This document shows, one piece after another, positions 16,765 to 25,000 of a DNA stretch of 32,000 bases (within the stretch, counting starts at the first letter, position 1; the number at the start of each line of letters is the position of its first letter). This stretch comes from Nanobdella aerobiophila. GTDB lineage: Archaea; Nanobdellota; Nanobdellia; Nanobdellales; Nanobdellaceae. The translations under genes were made by a program, and so were the position numbers. Under the pieces are notes generated by a model that saw only the letters and a list, made by a program, of their open reading frames with translations, searched no databases and had not been told where the DNA came from. The stretch is from positions 1-32,000 of the forward strand of contig NZ_AP019769.1 in NCBI RefSeq assembly GCF_023169545.1, given 5' to 3'.

Positions 16765-19700
16765 TTATAAAATATTTATATTATAGAAAAATTCCATTTC
16801 ATATATACTTTCTGAGCGATTTAAAGAGTCTTTTGAATCTTTTATGGTAATTGTAGAGTCCGTTTCTTTTTCTAAGTTATCTTTGTATTTTAATATTATA
16901 TCCTTAACTTTATTATCAGAATATATTTCTATTTTGGCTCTTTGTCCTTTTCTTAGCTTATTTTCCTTTCTTATATCTTGTATTCTCCTTCTAATTTCTC
17001 TATAGAGCCATTCTTCCTCTAATTCTGGATAGCTATTTATGTCATATCCAATTTTAATATCATTTAGTTCTATATAGTCTTTGTCAGGGTCCTGATATAT
17101 TATTTCTTTTACATTTAAATAATCCTTTATTAATTGATTTATATCTTTATTATTTATTAGACTTAATAATGCTTCTGAAAAGCTTTTAGAATATATATAT
17201 ATTGATTTTAAAGGTTTTCTAATATTTATTTTTAATTCATTTCTTAATCTTAACCCGGTTTCTATTATATAATTGAATAATTCATGTTCTTCTTCTATTT
17301 TATCATTAATTAACTCTTCATTAACTTTGTATATGTCTATTAATAATATTGATTCTTCATTAAGTTTATACTCTTCTCTTAATTTTTGATATATATATTC
17401 TGATATATGTGGCACTATTATAGCGCTTATATTTAATATTTCTAGTAATGATCTATATATTATATATAGTACAGTTTCCGGATCTTGCTTTATCCTTTCC
17501 CTTACAGATTTTATATAAAATCTAGATAGTTCATTTATCATCTTTTGTAATATTCTTCCAGATTCCCATATATTGAATTGATCTAGATTATAATATATGT
17601 CTCTCTTACTTCTTTCAATTAAGTTTAGGATATATCCATCTTCCCACCTAAATTTATTTATATTTAATTTTGCAGGATTTATATTATAATATCTTGAATA
17701 TTCTATTAAATATGTATATATGTTTATTAATATATTTAATGACTGGTATCTGGTCTTTAAATCTTCCCATTTAAATGCTATATCCTGATATGCTTCTACT
17801 ATAGTTCCCAAATATAATCTTAATGCATCTGAACCATATTTATCTATTACTTCATAAGGTGACACTCCATTTCCCAAAGATTTAGACATTTTTCTTCCAA
17901 GTGCATCATTTACATATCCTCCTACATATACATTTCTATATGGTATATCGTCATAATATAATTCTCCTAGTACTGCCAGTGAATAGAACCAGCCCTTTAT
18001 TTGATCATAATTTTCTGTTATAAAATCTACAGGATAATTATTTGTTGCAAATGTTGCAGAACCTGAATCAACCCACACATCTATTACGTCAGGTATTCTT
18101 TTCATTTCTTCTCCACATATATAGCACTTGAATGTATATTTGTCTACATGAGGTCTATGGAGATTATAATTGTATAAATATATTATTTCATAATCTCTAT
18201 TACCATATGATCTTACATAATATAACTCATTTAAATCTTTTAATAAATCTTTATTAAAGTTATTTACTATAATAATATCATTATTATTATATTTATTGAA
18301 TATATTTATTATTTCTTCTTTTGATTTTATATCTTTTTCGTAGATAAACTCCCTATTATGGTATCTTTTTAGCATTTTTTCTGCATAATCATTGTATTTT
18401 ATTATTATATATATTTTCTTAAATTCTTTACCTGTTAGATTACTTAGTTCTTCTAAATCTCTTACAAATTTTGTATGACCGTTTTTATCTCTCCATATCG
18501 GTAATGTTAGTCCCCAAAATCTTTGTCTAGAAATTACCCAATCTGGTGCACTTTTTATAATATTTACGAATCCATTTTTTGCAGCTTCAGATATAAATTT
18601 GACTTTTTCTACATCCAATAATAATTTTTCCTTCATCTTAGCTACATTTATAAACCATTGAAATGTAGTTCTTATTATCGCTTTTGTTCTGCATCTCCAA
18701 CATATTGGATAATCGTGTTCATACCATTCAAAGTATAATAGTGCTTTCTTTTCTATTAATTTTTTTATAAATTCATAATCATCTTTCTTAGCTTTTAAGT
18801 CATTAAAATATGGTAATTCTTTTATAGTACCAGTTTCGTCAGTTGTATTAAATGCAGATACATTATACTTTCTTCCTACTTCATAATCCTCCGGACCACA
18901 GCCGGGAGCAGCATGAACCAATCCTGTACCTTCCAGAGAATTTACATATTCCTTTGATAACCATAATCTAAATGCACCTGCCTCTTTATTTCTTATATTA
19001 TCTAGATATGTATTTAATTCTTCATAAAATACAGGATAATATTCTTCGAATTCTAGATCTTTTCCATCATATTCTTCTATAATCTCATAATTTATATTTA
19101 ATTTATTTATTAATCTTTCTAATGCATCTTTTGCTATTATCCAATATTCATAATTATCCTCTTTTTCTATATCCATCCTTAATGTTTTATGATTATTATA
19201 ATCTAATTCTAACTCTTTTATATATACTCTTGGAACCTTTATCTTAACATATTTTAATTCTGGATTTATCATAATTCCAAGATTATATACTAAAGTCCAT
19301 GGGGTAGTTGTCCATATTATAAAATAAGTGTCTTTTATATTTTTAGATTTAAATTTTACATATATAGCATTATCTATCGATTTTTTATACATGGGGTCTT
19401 CATATCCTAGCTCTATCTCTTGTTTTGACAATGTAGTCTGACATCTTGGACACCACCAAACAGGTTTCTTATCTTCATATACCAAATTTTTTTCATATCC
19501 TCTAGCTAAGGCTTCCCATACTTTCTCTATATACTCGTTTGTAATCGGTAGATATGGGTTGTCTGTATCTACCCAATGTGCAATATCTTCATAAAATTTT
19601 GAAAATTCATTCATAGACCCATATGCAAAATTAAAACACTCTCTAATGAAGTTTTCTACACCAATTTCATATATTTCTCTTTTATCTTTTAATTTTAATT

Positions 19701-19980
19701 TTTCTTCTACTTTTTCTTCTATTGGTAAACCATGCATATCAAAACCTGCTTGATTTTTTATATTATATCCTTTTTTATTATAATATCTAATTATTATATC
19801 CTTCATTGTCCTATTGAATGCATGTCCTATATGCGGCATACCTGTTGTATATGGTGGACCTTCCAAAAACTTGAAGGTTTCTTTATTTATATTCCTTAAA
19901 ATCCATTTTTCATATATAAAGTTTTCTCTCCAGAATTTCCTCACTTCTTCTTCTAAACTCTTATTCCAATTTATGTTCAT
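16765..19980 (-). CDS. ileS: Isoleucyl-tRNA synthetase
   Basis: 1071 aa. HIGH region PPYTTGMPHIGHA, editing-domain signature WTTTPWTL, KMSKS motif, zinc knuckles CPRCQT and CWRCRT. Confidence 0.9.
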   Translation of the reverse strand: MNINWNKSLEEEVRKFWRENFIYEKWILRNINKETFKFLEGPPYTTGMPHIGHAFNRTMKDIIIRYYNKKGYNIKNQAGFDMHGLPIEEKVEEKLKLKDKREIYEIGVENFIRECFNFAYGSMNEFSKFYEDIAHWVDTDNPYLPITNEYIEKVWEALARGYEKNLVYEDKKPVWWCPRCQTTLSKQEIELGYEDPMYKKSIDNAIYVKFKSKNIKDTYFIIWTTTPWTLVYNLGIMINPELKYVKIKVPRVYIKELELDYNNHKTLRMDIEKEDNYEYWIIAKDALERLINKLNINYEIIEEYDGKDLEFEEYYPVFYEELNTYLDNIRNKEAGAFRLWLSKEYVNSLEGTGLVHAAPGCGPEDYEVGRKYNVSAFNTTDETGTIKELPYFNDLKAKKDDYEFIKKLIEKKALLYFEWYEHDYPICWRCRTKAIIRTTFQWFINVAKMKEKLLLDVEKVKFISEAAKNGFVNIIKSAPDWVISRQRFWGLTLPIWRDKNGHTKFVRDLEELSNLTGKEFKKIYIIIKYNDYAEKMLKRYHNREFIYEKDIKSKEEIINIFNKYNNNDIIIVNNFNKDLLKDLNELYYVRSYGNRDYEIIYLYNYNLHRPHVDKYTFKCYICGEEMKRIPDVIDVWVDSGSATFATNNYPVDFITENYDQIKGWFYSLAVLGELYYDDIPYRNVYVGGYVNDALGRKMSKSLGNGVSPYEVIDKYGSDALRLYLGTIVEAYQDIAFKWEDLKTRYQSLNILINIYTYLIEYSRYYNINPAKLNINKFRWEDGYILNLIERSKRDIYYNLDQFNIWESGRILQKMINELSRFYIKSVRERIKQDPETVLYIIYRSLLEILNISAIIVPHISEYIYQKLREEYKLNEESILLIDIYKVNEELINDKIEEEHELFNYIIETGLRLRNELKINIRKPLKSIYIYSKSFSEALLSLINNKDINQLIKDYLNVKEIIYQDPDKDYIELNDIKIGYDINSYPELEEEWLYREIRRRIQDIRKENKLRKGQRAKIEIYSDNKVKDIILKYKDNLEKETDSTITIKDSKDSLNRSESIYEMEFFYNINIL

Positions 19981-20001
19981 AGATCCGATAGTTATCCATA
20001 A

Positions 20002-20014
20002 ATTTATATTTTTT
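20002..20014 (-). promoter_or_regulatory. Possible TATA element for ileS (minus strand AAAAAATATAAAT), about 28 nt upstream of the ATG
   Basis: Position and composition only; the background is very AT-rich. Confidence 0.3.
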
Positions 20015-20024
20015 ATGGAAAAGG

Positions 20025-20034
20025 TTAAAAATAT
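20025..20034 (+). promoter_or_regulatory. TATA box (TTAAAAATAT), centre about 25 nt upstream of the small membrane ORF at 20055
   Basis: Same spacing class as the other promoters in the window. Supports expression of the small ORF. Confidence 0.35.
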
Positions 20035-20054
20035 TATATGTAAATAAATTAAGG

Positions 20055-20216
20055 ATGAATAAGAAGATAATATTGCCAGTGATTATATTTATAATATTTG
20101 CGATATTAATATATTATCTATCACATTCGAAAACATTAACTGTAATTCCGATATTTTTATTAATATTCTTATTACTAGATCCTAGGAATAACATAATAAA
20201 CTTAAATAATAACTAA
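20055..20216 (+). CDS. Small hypothetical membrane protein (53 aa, two hydrophobic segments), not in the ORF track
   Basis: Manual translation gives MNKKIILPVIIFIIFAILIYYLSHSKTLTVIPIFLLIFLLLDPRNNIINLNNN. It has a correctly spaced TATA box and fills an otherwise empty gap upstream of the DsbA-like gene. Confidence 0.3.
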   Translation: MNKKIILPVIIFIIFAILIYYLSHSKTLTVIPIFLLIFLLLDPRNNIINLNNN

Positions 20217-20248
20217 ATATTATTAAATATTTTTATTAATAGATATTG

Positions 20249-21127
20249 ATGGATGAAAAAGAGAAGAAATCTTTAGGTATAAGGGATGCGATAATAATCG
20301 GTTCTATAATTGTAGCAGTATCGATAATAATAGGAGCATATATAGTTTCTAGTTCTTTGTCAAATATATCCTTAGCTAGTGGACAGGGTACAACTAGTCA
20401 ATTGCAAACATATATATCTACATTACAGACAGAACCATTACCAAATATAACAAATATAGATCCTGTATATGGTAATCCAAATAGTACAAATGTTATAGTA
20501 TATGAATATTCAGATTATGCATGTCCATTCTGTGATGAATTTTATCTAGAAACTTTCCCATCGATATATCAGAACTATATACAAACTGGACAAATATCTT
20601 GGGTATATAAGGTATTTCCATTATATTCAATACATCCATATGCAAATATAACTTCACAATATTTAACTACAATATATGAACTATATGGATTCAATACATG
20701 GGAAGAATTTACCAATTGGTCCTGGTACAATCAATTGCAAGGTGTTACATGGGATGGATTTTCGAACCAAACTGCAGTATATGAAGCATTTAATTCAGAA
20801 GCTCAGAATTTGGGATTAAATGTATCATTAATAGATGCTTATATAAATAATATGACATATTATCCTGTGATATATAATTCAGAAACTAATGCAATAGATA
20901 CATATGGTATAGATGCAACACCTTCATTTATAATTGCTGTAAAGACATCAAACATTAATTATTCAGAAATTTCTTCAGTTGAAAATGAGCTAAATAGTCT
21001 AAAACAATATGGTTTGTCTTATTCGGTATATAAAACGCCAGATGGAAATTATATTATGTTCCAGTTTGCAGGTGCGCTACCATATAGTTTCTTTAGCAAT
21101 ATACTGGGCCCATTAACACAAGGGTAA
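20249..21127 (+). CDS. Membrane-anchored DsbA/BdbD-family thiol:disulfide oxidoreductase (thioredoxin fold, CPFC)
   Basis: N-terminal TM anchor IIIGSIIVAVSIIIGAYIV, a Ser/Thr/Gln linker, then GNPNSTNVIVYEYSDYACPFCDEF, which matches the DsbA-family (Thioredoxin_4-type) consensus. The ATG at 20249 is preferred over the track's TTG at 20246. Confidence 0.7.
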   Translation: MDEKEKKSLGIRDAIIIGSIIVAVSIIIGAYIVSSSLSNISLASGQGTTSQLQTYISTLQTEPLPNITNIDPVYGNPNSTNVIVYEYSDYACPFCDEFYLETFPSIYQNYIQTGQISWVYKVFPLYSIHPYANITSQYLTTIYELYGFNTWEEFTNWSWYNQLQGVTWDGFSNQTAVYEAFNSEAQNLGLNVSLIDAYINNMTYYPVIYNSETNAIDTYGIDATPSFIIAVKTSNINYSEISSVENELNSLKQYGLSYSVYKTPDGNYIMFQFAGALPYSFFSNILGPLTQG

Positions 21128-21197
21128 TTTTTATAATAGCTTTTTATTATAGTTTCTAGATCATCATATATAAATCTTTTTATAAATATATCTTTAA

Positions 21198-22529
21198 ATG
21201 GCAAGAGACAAACCCCACTTAAATTTAATAGTAGTAGGGCATGTAGATAATGGAAAGTCGACATTAGTAGCAAGATTGATGGTATCTTTAAATTTAGTAG
21301 ACCAAAAAGAATTAGAGGAAGTAAAGAATTTGGCAAAAGAATATGGAAAAGAAACAGATTATCTAGCATATTTACTAGATAAATCAATAGAAGAGAGGAA
21401 GAGAGGACTAACAATCGATATAGCTGCGAAGAAAATACCAACTAAAAAATATATAATTACAATTTTGGATGCTCCAGGACACAGAGATTTTATTAAGAAT
21501 ATGATTACAGGTTCTGCTCAATCTGATGCGGCTATAGTGGCTATATCTGCAGTAAATGGTGAAGCAGAAACTGCTCTAGGTCCAGATGGACAAGGAAGAG
21601 AACATTTATTATTATTAAGAACATTAGGTATTCCACAAGTAATAATAGCTATAACAAAAATAGATACTGTAAATTATGACCAAAAGAGATATGAACAGAT
21701 AAAGAATATGGTATTACAGCTAGCAAAACAAATTGGTTATCAAGAGAAACAGATTAAGGCAATTGTACCAGTAGCAGCGTATAATGCAGATGAAAATGTA
21801 ACACAAAAATCTCCAAAATTATCATGGTATAATGGACCTACATTATTAGAAGCATTGGATCAATTAGATGAGCCACCAAGATTAATAGATAAACCATTAA
21901 GATTGCCAATAAGTGAAGTATATAATATTAAGGGTGTAGGTTTAGTGCCAGCAGGAAAGGTAGAATCTGGAAAATTAAAACCAGGTGATAAAGTAGTATT
22001 CTTACCATCTAAAAAGCCTTCTGGTGTAACAGGAGAAGTTAAGTCTGTAGAAATGCACCATGAAAAATTAGATGAAGCATTACCAGGTGATAATATAGGA
22101 TTTAATGTAAAAGGTCCGGAAGCTGCAGATATTGGTAGAGGGGATGTAGTAGGAAAGATAGGAGAAGCATTACCAAAATTGGCGGAAGAATTTACGGCAA
22201 GAGTATTCATATTACAGCACCCTTCAGCAATAGCAGTTGGTTATACTCCTGTAGTACATATACATACAGCAGCAGTATCTTGTAAAGTTGCAGAAATACA
22301 ATCTAGATTAGATCCAAAAACAGGACAAGAAGCAGAAAAGAATCCACAATATATAAAAACTGGAGATGCAGCAATAATTAAATTTGTACCAACAAAACCA
22401 TTAGTTGTAGAGAAGTTCCAAGAATATCCAGGTACATCTTTAGGAAGGTTTGCATTAAGAGATATGAATAAAACTGTAGGAGTAGGACAAGTATTGGATG
22501 TAAAAGAAAGAAAGATAGAATTAAAGTAA
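21198..22529 (+). CDS. tuf: Translation elongation factor EF-1 alpha
   Basis: 443 aa. G1 GHVDNGKST, G3 DAPGHRDF, G4-like TKID, and domains II/III conserved throughout. Confidence 0.95.
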   Translation: MARDKPHLNLIVVGHVDNGKSTLVARLMVSLNLVDQKELEEVKNLAKEYGKETDYLAYLLDKSIEERKRGLTIDIAAKKIPTKKYIITILDAPGHRDFIKNMITGSAQSDAAIVAISAVNGEAETALGPDGQGREHLLLLRTLGIPQVIIAITKIDTVNYDQKRYEQIKNMVLQLAKQIGYQEKQIKAIVPVAAYNADENVTQKSPKLSWYNGPTLLEALDQLDEPPRLIDKPLRLPISEVYNIKGVGLVPAGKVESGKLKPGDKVVFLPSKKPSGVTGEVKSVEMHHEKLDEALPGDNIGFNVKGPEAADIGRGDVVGKIGEALPKLAEEFTARVFILQHPSAIAVGYTPVVHIHTAAVSCKVAEIQSRLDPKTGQEAEKNPQYIKTGDAAIIKFVPTKPLVVEKFQEYPGTSLGRFALRDMNKTVGVGQVLDVKERKIELK

Positions 22530-22530
22530 A

Positions 22531-22549
22531 TTTTTTAGATTTTTATTTT
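22531..22549 (+). terminator. Oligo-T tracts immediately after the tuf stop (TTTTTTAGATTTTTATTTT)
   Basis: Archaeal intrinsic termination uses T-runs, and three occur within 20 nt of the stop. The AT-rich background lowers confidence. Confidence 0.3.
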
Positions 22550-22591
22550 GATAAATTACGAACCATTATATATTTTTATATTTAAAATATT

Positions 22592-22819
22592 CTAGATCAA
22601 TACATTAGAGCAGGTGGATTGACCTTTATAAAACAAACAAATTTCATAATAGTTATTCTTCTGTATACTACATTGAATATTTGCAACTTTTATCGTTATA
22701 TCTTGATTTGGTAATATTATTGGAGAATTTATTGATGTAATGAATGTTTGATTAGTGCAATTATCTATAGATATTAAAGTATTGTTTAAATTTACAGGAA
22801 TATTTCCAGAATTATATAT
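22592..22819 (-). pseudogene. Start-less 75-codon open frame, possible remnant of a secreted Cys-containing protein
   Basis: Manual minus-strand translation gives IYNSGNIPVNLNNTLISIDNCTNQTFITSINSPIILPNQDITIKVANIQCSIQKNNYYEICLFYKGQSTCSNVLI-stop. There is no in-frame ATG or GTG, TTG occurs only near the end, and a TAA sits immediately upstream. It lies in the longest non-coding gap of the window. Confidence 0.2.
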
Positions 22820-22840
22820 TTATACATATTTAGAAAGTTC

Positions 22841-22938
22841 TGGGCCCAGGGGGATTCGAACCCCCGACCTCCGGCTTTCTTAGGTTATTTGGAGCGTAGC
22901 CATATAAGGCCGGCGCTCCGCCTCTGAGCTATGGGCCC
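22841..22938 (-). tRNA. tRNA-Ile (anticodon UAU) with a 26-nt intron at the canonical 37/38 position (intron = 22877-22902)
   Basis: The reverse complement folds as GGGCCCA TA GCTC AGAGGCG GAGC G CCGGC CTTATA[TGGCTACGCTCCAAATAACCTAAGAA]A GCCGG AGGTC GGGGG TTCGAAT CCCCC TGGGCCC A. CTTA pairs with the intron TAAG, flanked by the 3-nt bulges TAT and AAA (bulge-helix-bulge). No encoded CCA. Confidence 0.8.
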
Positions 22939-22972
22939 ATTAAATCTAAATAATTTAATTGTTTTAAAAACC

Positions 22973-22982
22973 TTTTTATATT
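22973..22982 (+). promoter_or_regulatory. TATA box (TTTTTATATT) about 22 nt upstream of the preferred mcm ATG, inside the 61-nt spacer shared with the divergent tRNA-Ile
   Basis: Spacing and motif. The minus-strand TTTTTAAAAC (around 22961-22970) is a candidate element for the tRNA. Confidence 0.35.
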
Positions 22983-22999
22983 TTATACAAAATATATTT

Positions 23000-25000
23000 A
23001 TGGATATAGATACAAAGGGTGGAGTAGTTGAACAGGAGATATTAAGAGATTTATTTGATATCTCTAAAGAAGAAATTGAAAGATTTGTCAAAGAAGAAGA
23101 AAAATCTGTTGTATTAGATTTTGAAAAAATAAAGAATTATTTAGATCCTGAAACCTTAGATTTATTATTAAATGAACCTGAAAACTTTTTTAAACAATTA
23201 TCAATATATTTTACTGAGAGACTACAAAGACAAACAATAGTTAGGATAAAAAATCTACCTCCGGAATTAAGGTATATAAGGATAAGAGATGTAAGATCTG
23301 AACATAAGGATAAATTAATACAAATTGAGGGTATAATAAAGATTTCTTCAGAGGTAAGACCTTATATAGTAAAGACTAAGTATATGCATGAAGAATGTGG
23401 CGGTGAGTTTTGGATAGAAAATACAGATTTTATTATAAAGAAACCTACAAAATGTCCAGTATGTGGCGGTACAAAACCTAGATTTATAGAAGAAGGGCAT
23501 GAAACTATAGATATACAAAGATTATTTATCGAAGAACCTGCAGATCAAATAGAAAAGGGAGAACAACCTGCTCAGATTACAATAATGTTAAAGCAGGATT
23601 TGTGTGAGCCAAAGATGGAAAGAAAGACCTTGCCAGGGGTACGGATTAAGGTATTTGGTATTTTAAAAGAATTAAGATCTATGAATTTCAAGGCATTATT
23701 AGAACTATATGTGGATGCAGTATATATAGAAACTGTGGATAAAGATATAGAAGATATACAAATATCTATCGAAGATGAAAATAAAATAAAGGAATTGGCA
23801 AAATCTGGAGATATATTAAATCTAATAGCGCAATCTATTGCTGCTGGTTTATATGGGAAGCAATATGATCATATTAAGAAAGCAATAACATTACAGTTGG
23901 TCTCCGGTGGAAAAAGAAGATCTGGTGTAGATGAAAGAAAAAATTTACATATCTTGTTAGTTGGTGATCCTGGTGTGGGTAAATCAAAATTATTAAGATA
24001 CATAGCATCTATAGCGCCAAAATCTAAATATGTTGTAGGTATTACTGCTTCCTCTGTAGGTTTGACTGCTTCTGTAAGAAAAGATGAAATATTGAAAGGT
24101 GGATGGGTCTTAGAAGCAGGTGCATTAGTATTAACTTCTGGAGGTATTGTATGTATAGATGAATTAGATAAATTAGATATAGAGGAGATGCAATCATTAC
24201 ATGAAGCTATGGAGCAACAAACAATAACAATTGATAAAGCAAATATTCATGCAACATTAAGAACAGAAGCGTCTATATTAGCAGCTGCTAATCCAAAATT
24301 TGGTAGATGGGATAATATGAAAGGTATAGTAGATCAGATAAATTTACCACCTACAATAATAAATAGATTTGATTTAATATTTGTGTTGATTGATGAACCA
24401 AATGAACAACAGGATGAAGCTATAGTGTCGGAGATAATTAAAGGTATACAAGAAGAAGAAAGACCAGCATTGGATAAAGAATTAATAAGAAAATATATAA
24501 TATACGCTAAGAAAATTGAACCTACATGGACAAATAATGCATTAGAGATTGTAAAACAATTTTATAAAGAATTAAGGTCAAGAAGTTCTAGAGAATCTAT
24601 ACCAATAACCGCAAGGCAACTAATGTCTATTATTAGATTATCAGAAGCATCTGCTAAAATAAGATTATCTCCAGTAGTTACAGAAGATGATGTTAATTTA
24701 GCAAAAGAGCTATTAATTTATAGTTTAAGAGAGGTTGGAATAAATCCAGAAACTAATAAGTTAGATATAGATATAATAATGAGTGGGATATCTTCTACTC
24801 AGCGACAAAAATTATCTAAAATAACTGATATAATAAGAGATTTACAAAAAGATTTTCCAGATGGTGTACCTTTATCAGAAATATTGAATGAGAGTAAGAA
24901 ATATAATTTTGAAGAGAATAGAGTAAAGGAAGTAATAGATAAATTATTAAAAGATGGTTATCTGTATGAGACAGGTCCGCAAAAATATAAAGTTGTATAA
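23000..25000 (+). CDS. mcm: MCM replicative helicase
   Basis: Zinc motif CGGEF...CPVCGG, Walker A GDPGVGKSK, Walker B CIDELDK, arginine-finger region SRFDL-like (NRFDLIF) and a C-terminal winged helix. The start is moved to the ATG at 23000 because the track start at 22931 lies inside the tRNA-Ile gene. Confidence 0.9.
   Translation: MDIDTKGGVVEQEILRDLFDISKEEIERFVKEEEKSVVLDFEKIKNYLDPETLDLLLNEPENFFKQLSIYFTERLQRQTIVRIKNLPPELRYIRIRDVRSEHKDKLIQIEGIIKISSEVRPYIVKTKYMHEECGGEFWIENTDFIIKKPTKCPVCGGTKPRFIEEGHETIDIQRLFIEEPADQIEKGEQPAQITIMLKQDLCEPKMERKTLPGVRIKVFGILKELRSMNFKALLELYVDAVYIETVDKDIEDIQISIEDENKIKELAKSGDILNLIAQSIAAGLYGKQYDHIKKAITLQLVSGGKRRSGVDERKNLHILLVGDPGVGKSKLLRYIASIAPKSKYVVGITASSVGLTASVRKDEILKGGWVLEAGALVLTSGGIVCIDELDKLDIEEMQSLHEAMEQQTITIDKANIHATLRTEASILAAANPKFGRWDNMKGIVDQINLPPTIINRFDLIFVLIDEPNEQQDEAIVSEIIKGIQEEERPALDKELIRKYIIYAKKIEPTWTNNALEIVKQFYKELRSRSSRESIPITARQLMSIIRLSEASAKIRLSPVVTEDDVNLAKELLIYSLREVGINPETNKLDIDIIMSGISSTQRQKLSKITDIIRDLQKDFPDGVPLSEILNESKKYNFEENRVKEVIDKLLKDGYLYETGPQKYKVV

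Noticed and set aside
16755-16785. Plus-strand copy of the promoter-like string AAAAACTTTATAAAATATTTAT at the ileS 3' end, nearly identical to the acidic-ORF promoter at 26780-26800.
   Set aside because: No plus-strand gene follows it. The palindromic TTTATAAA core more plausibly serves the minus-strand tbp gene about 30 nt away. An antisense transcript cannot be shown from sequence alone.
21049-22210. Minus-strand ORFs 21049-21441 (130 aa) and 21860-22210 (116 aa).
   Set aside because: They are antisense to the DsbA-like 3' end and to tuf. EF-1alpha is unambiguous on the plus strand.
22931-22999. The track's N-terminal extension of the MCM ORF (MGPLNLNNLIVLKTFLYFIQNIF...).
   Set aside because: The ATG at 22931 lies inside the tRNA-Ile gene (22841-22938), and the extension reads through the promoter spacer. 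The ATG at 23000 has a TATA box about 22 nt upstream and begins the conserved region.
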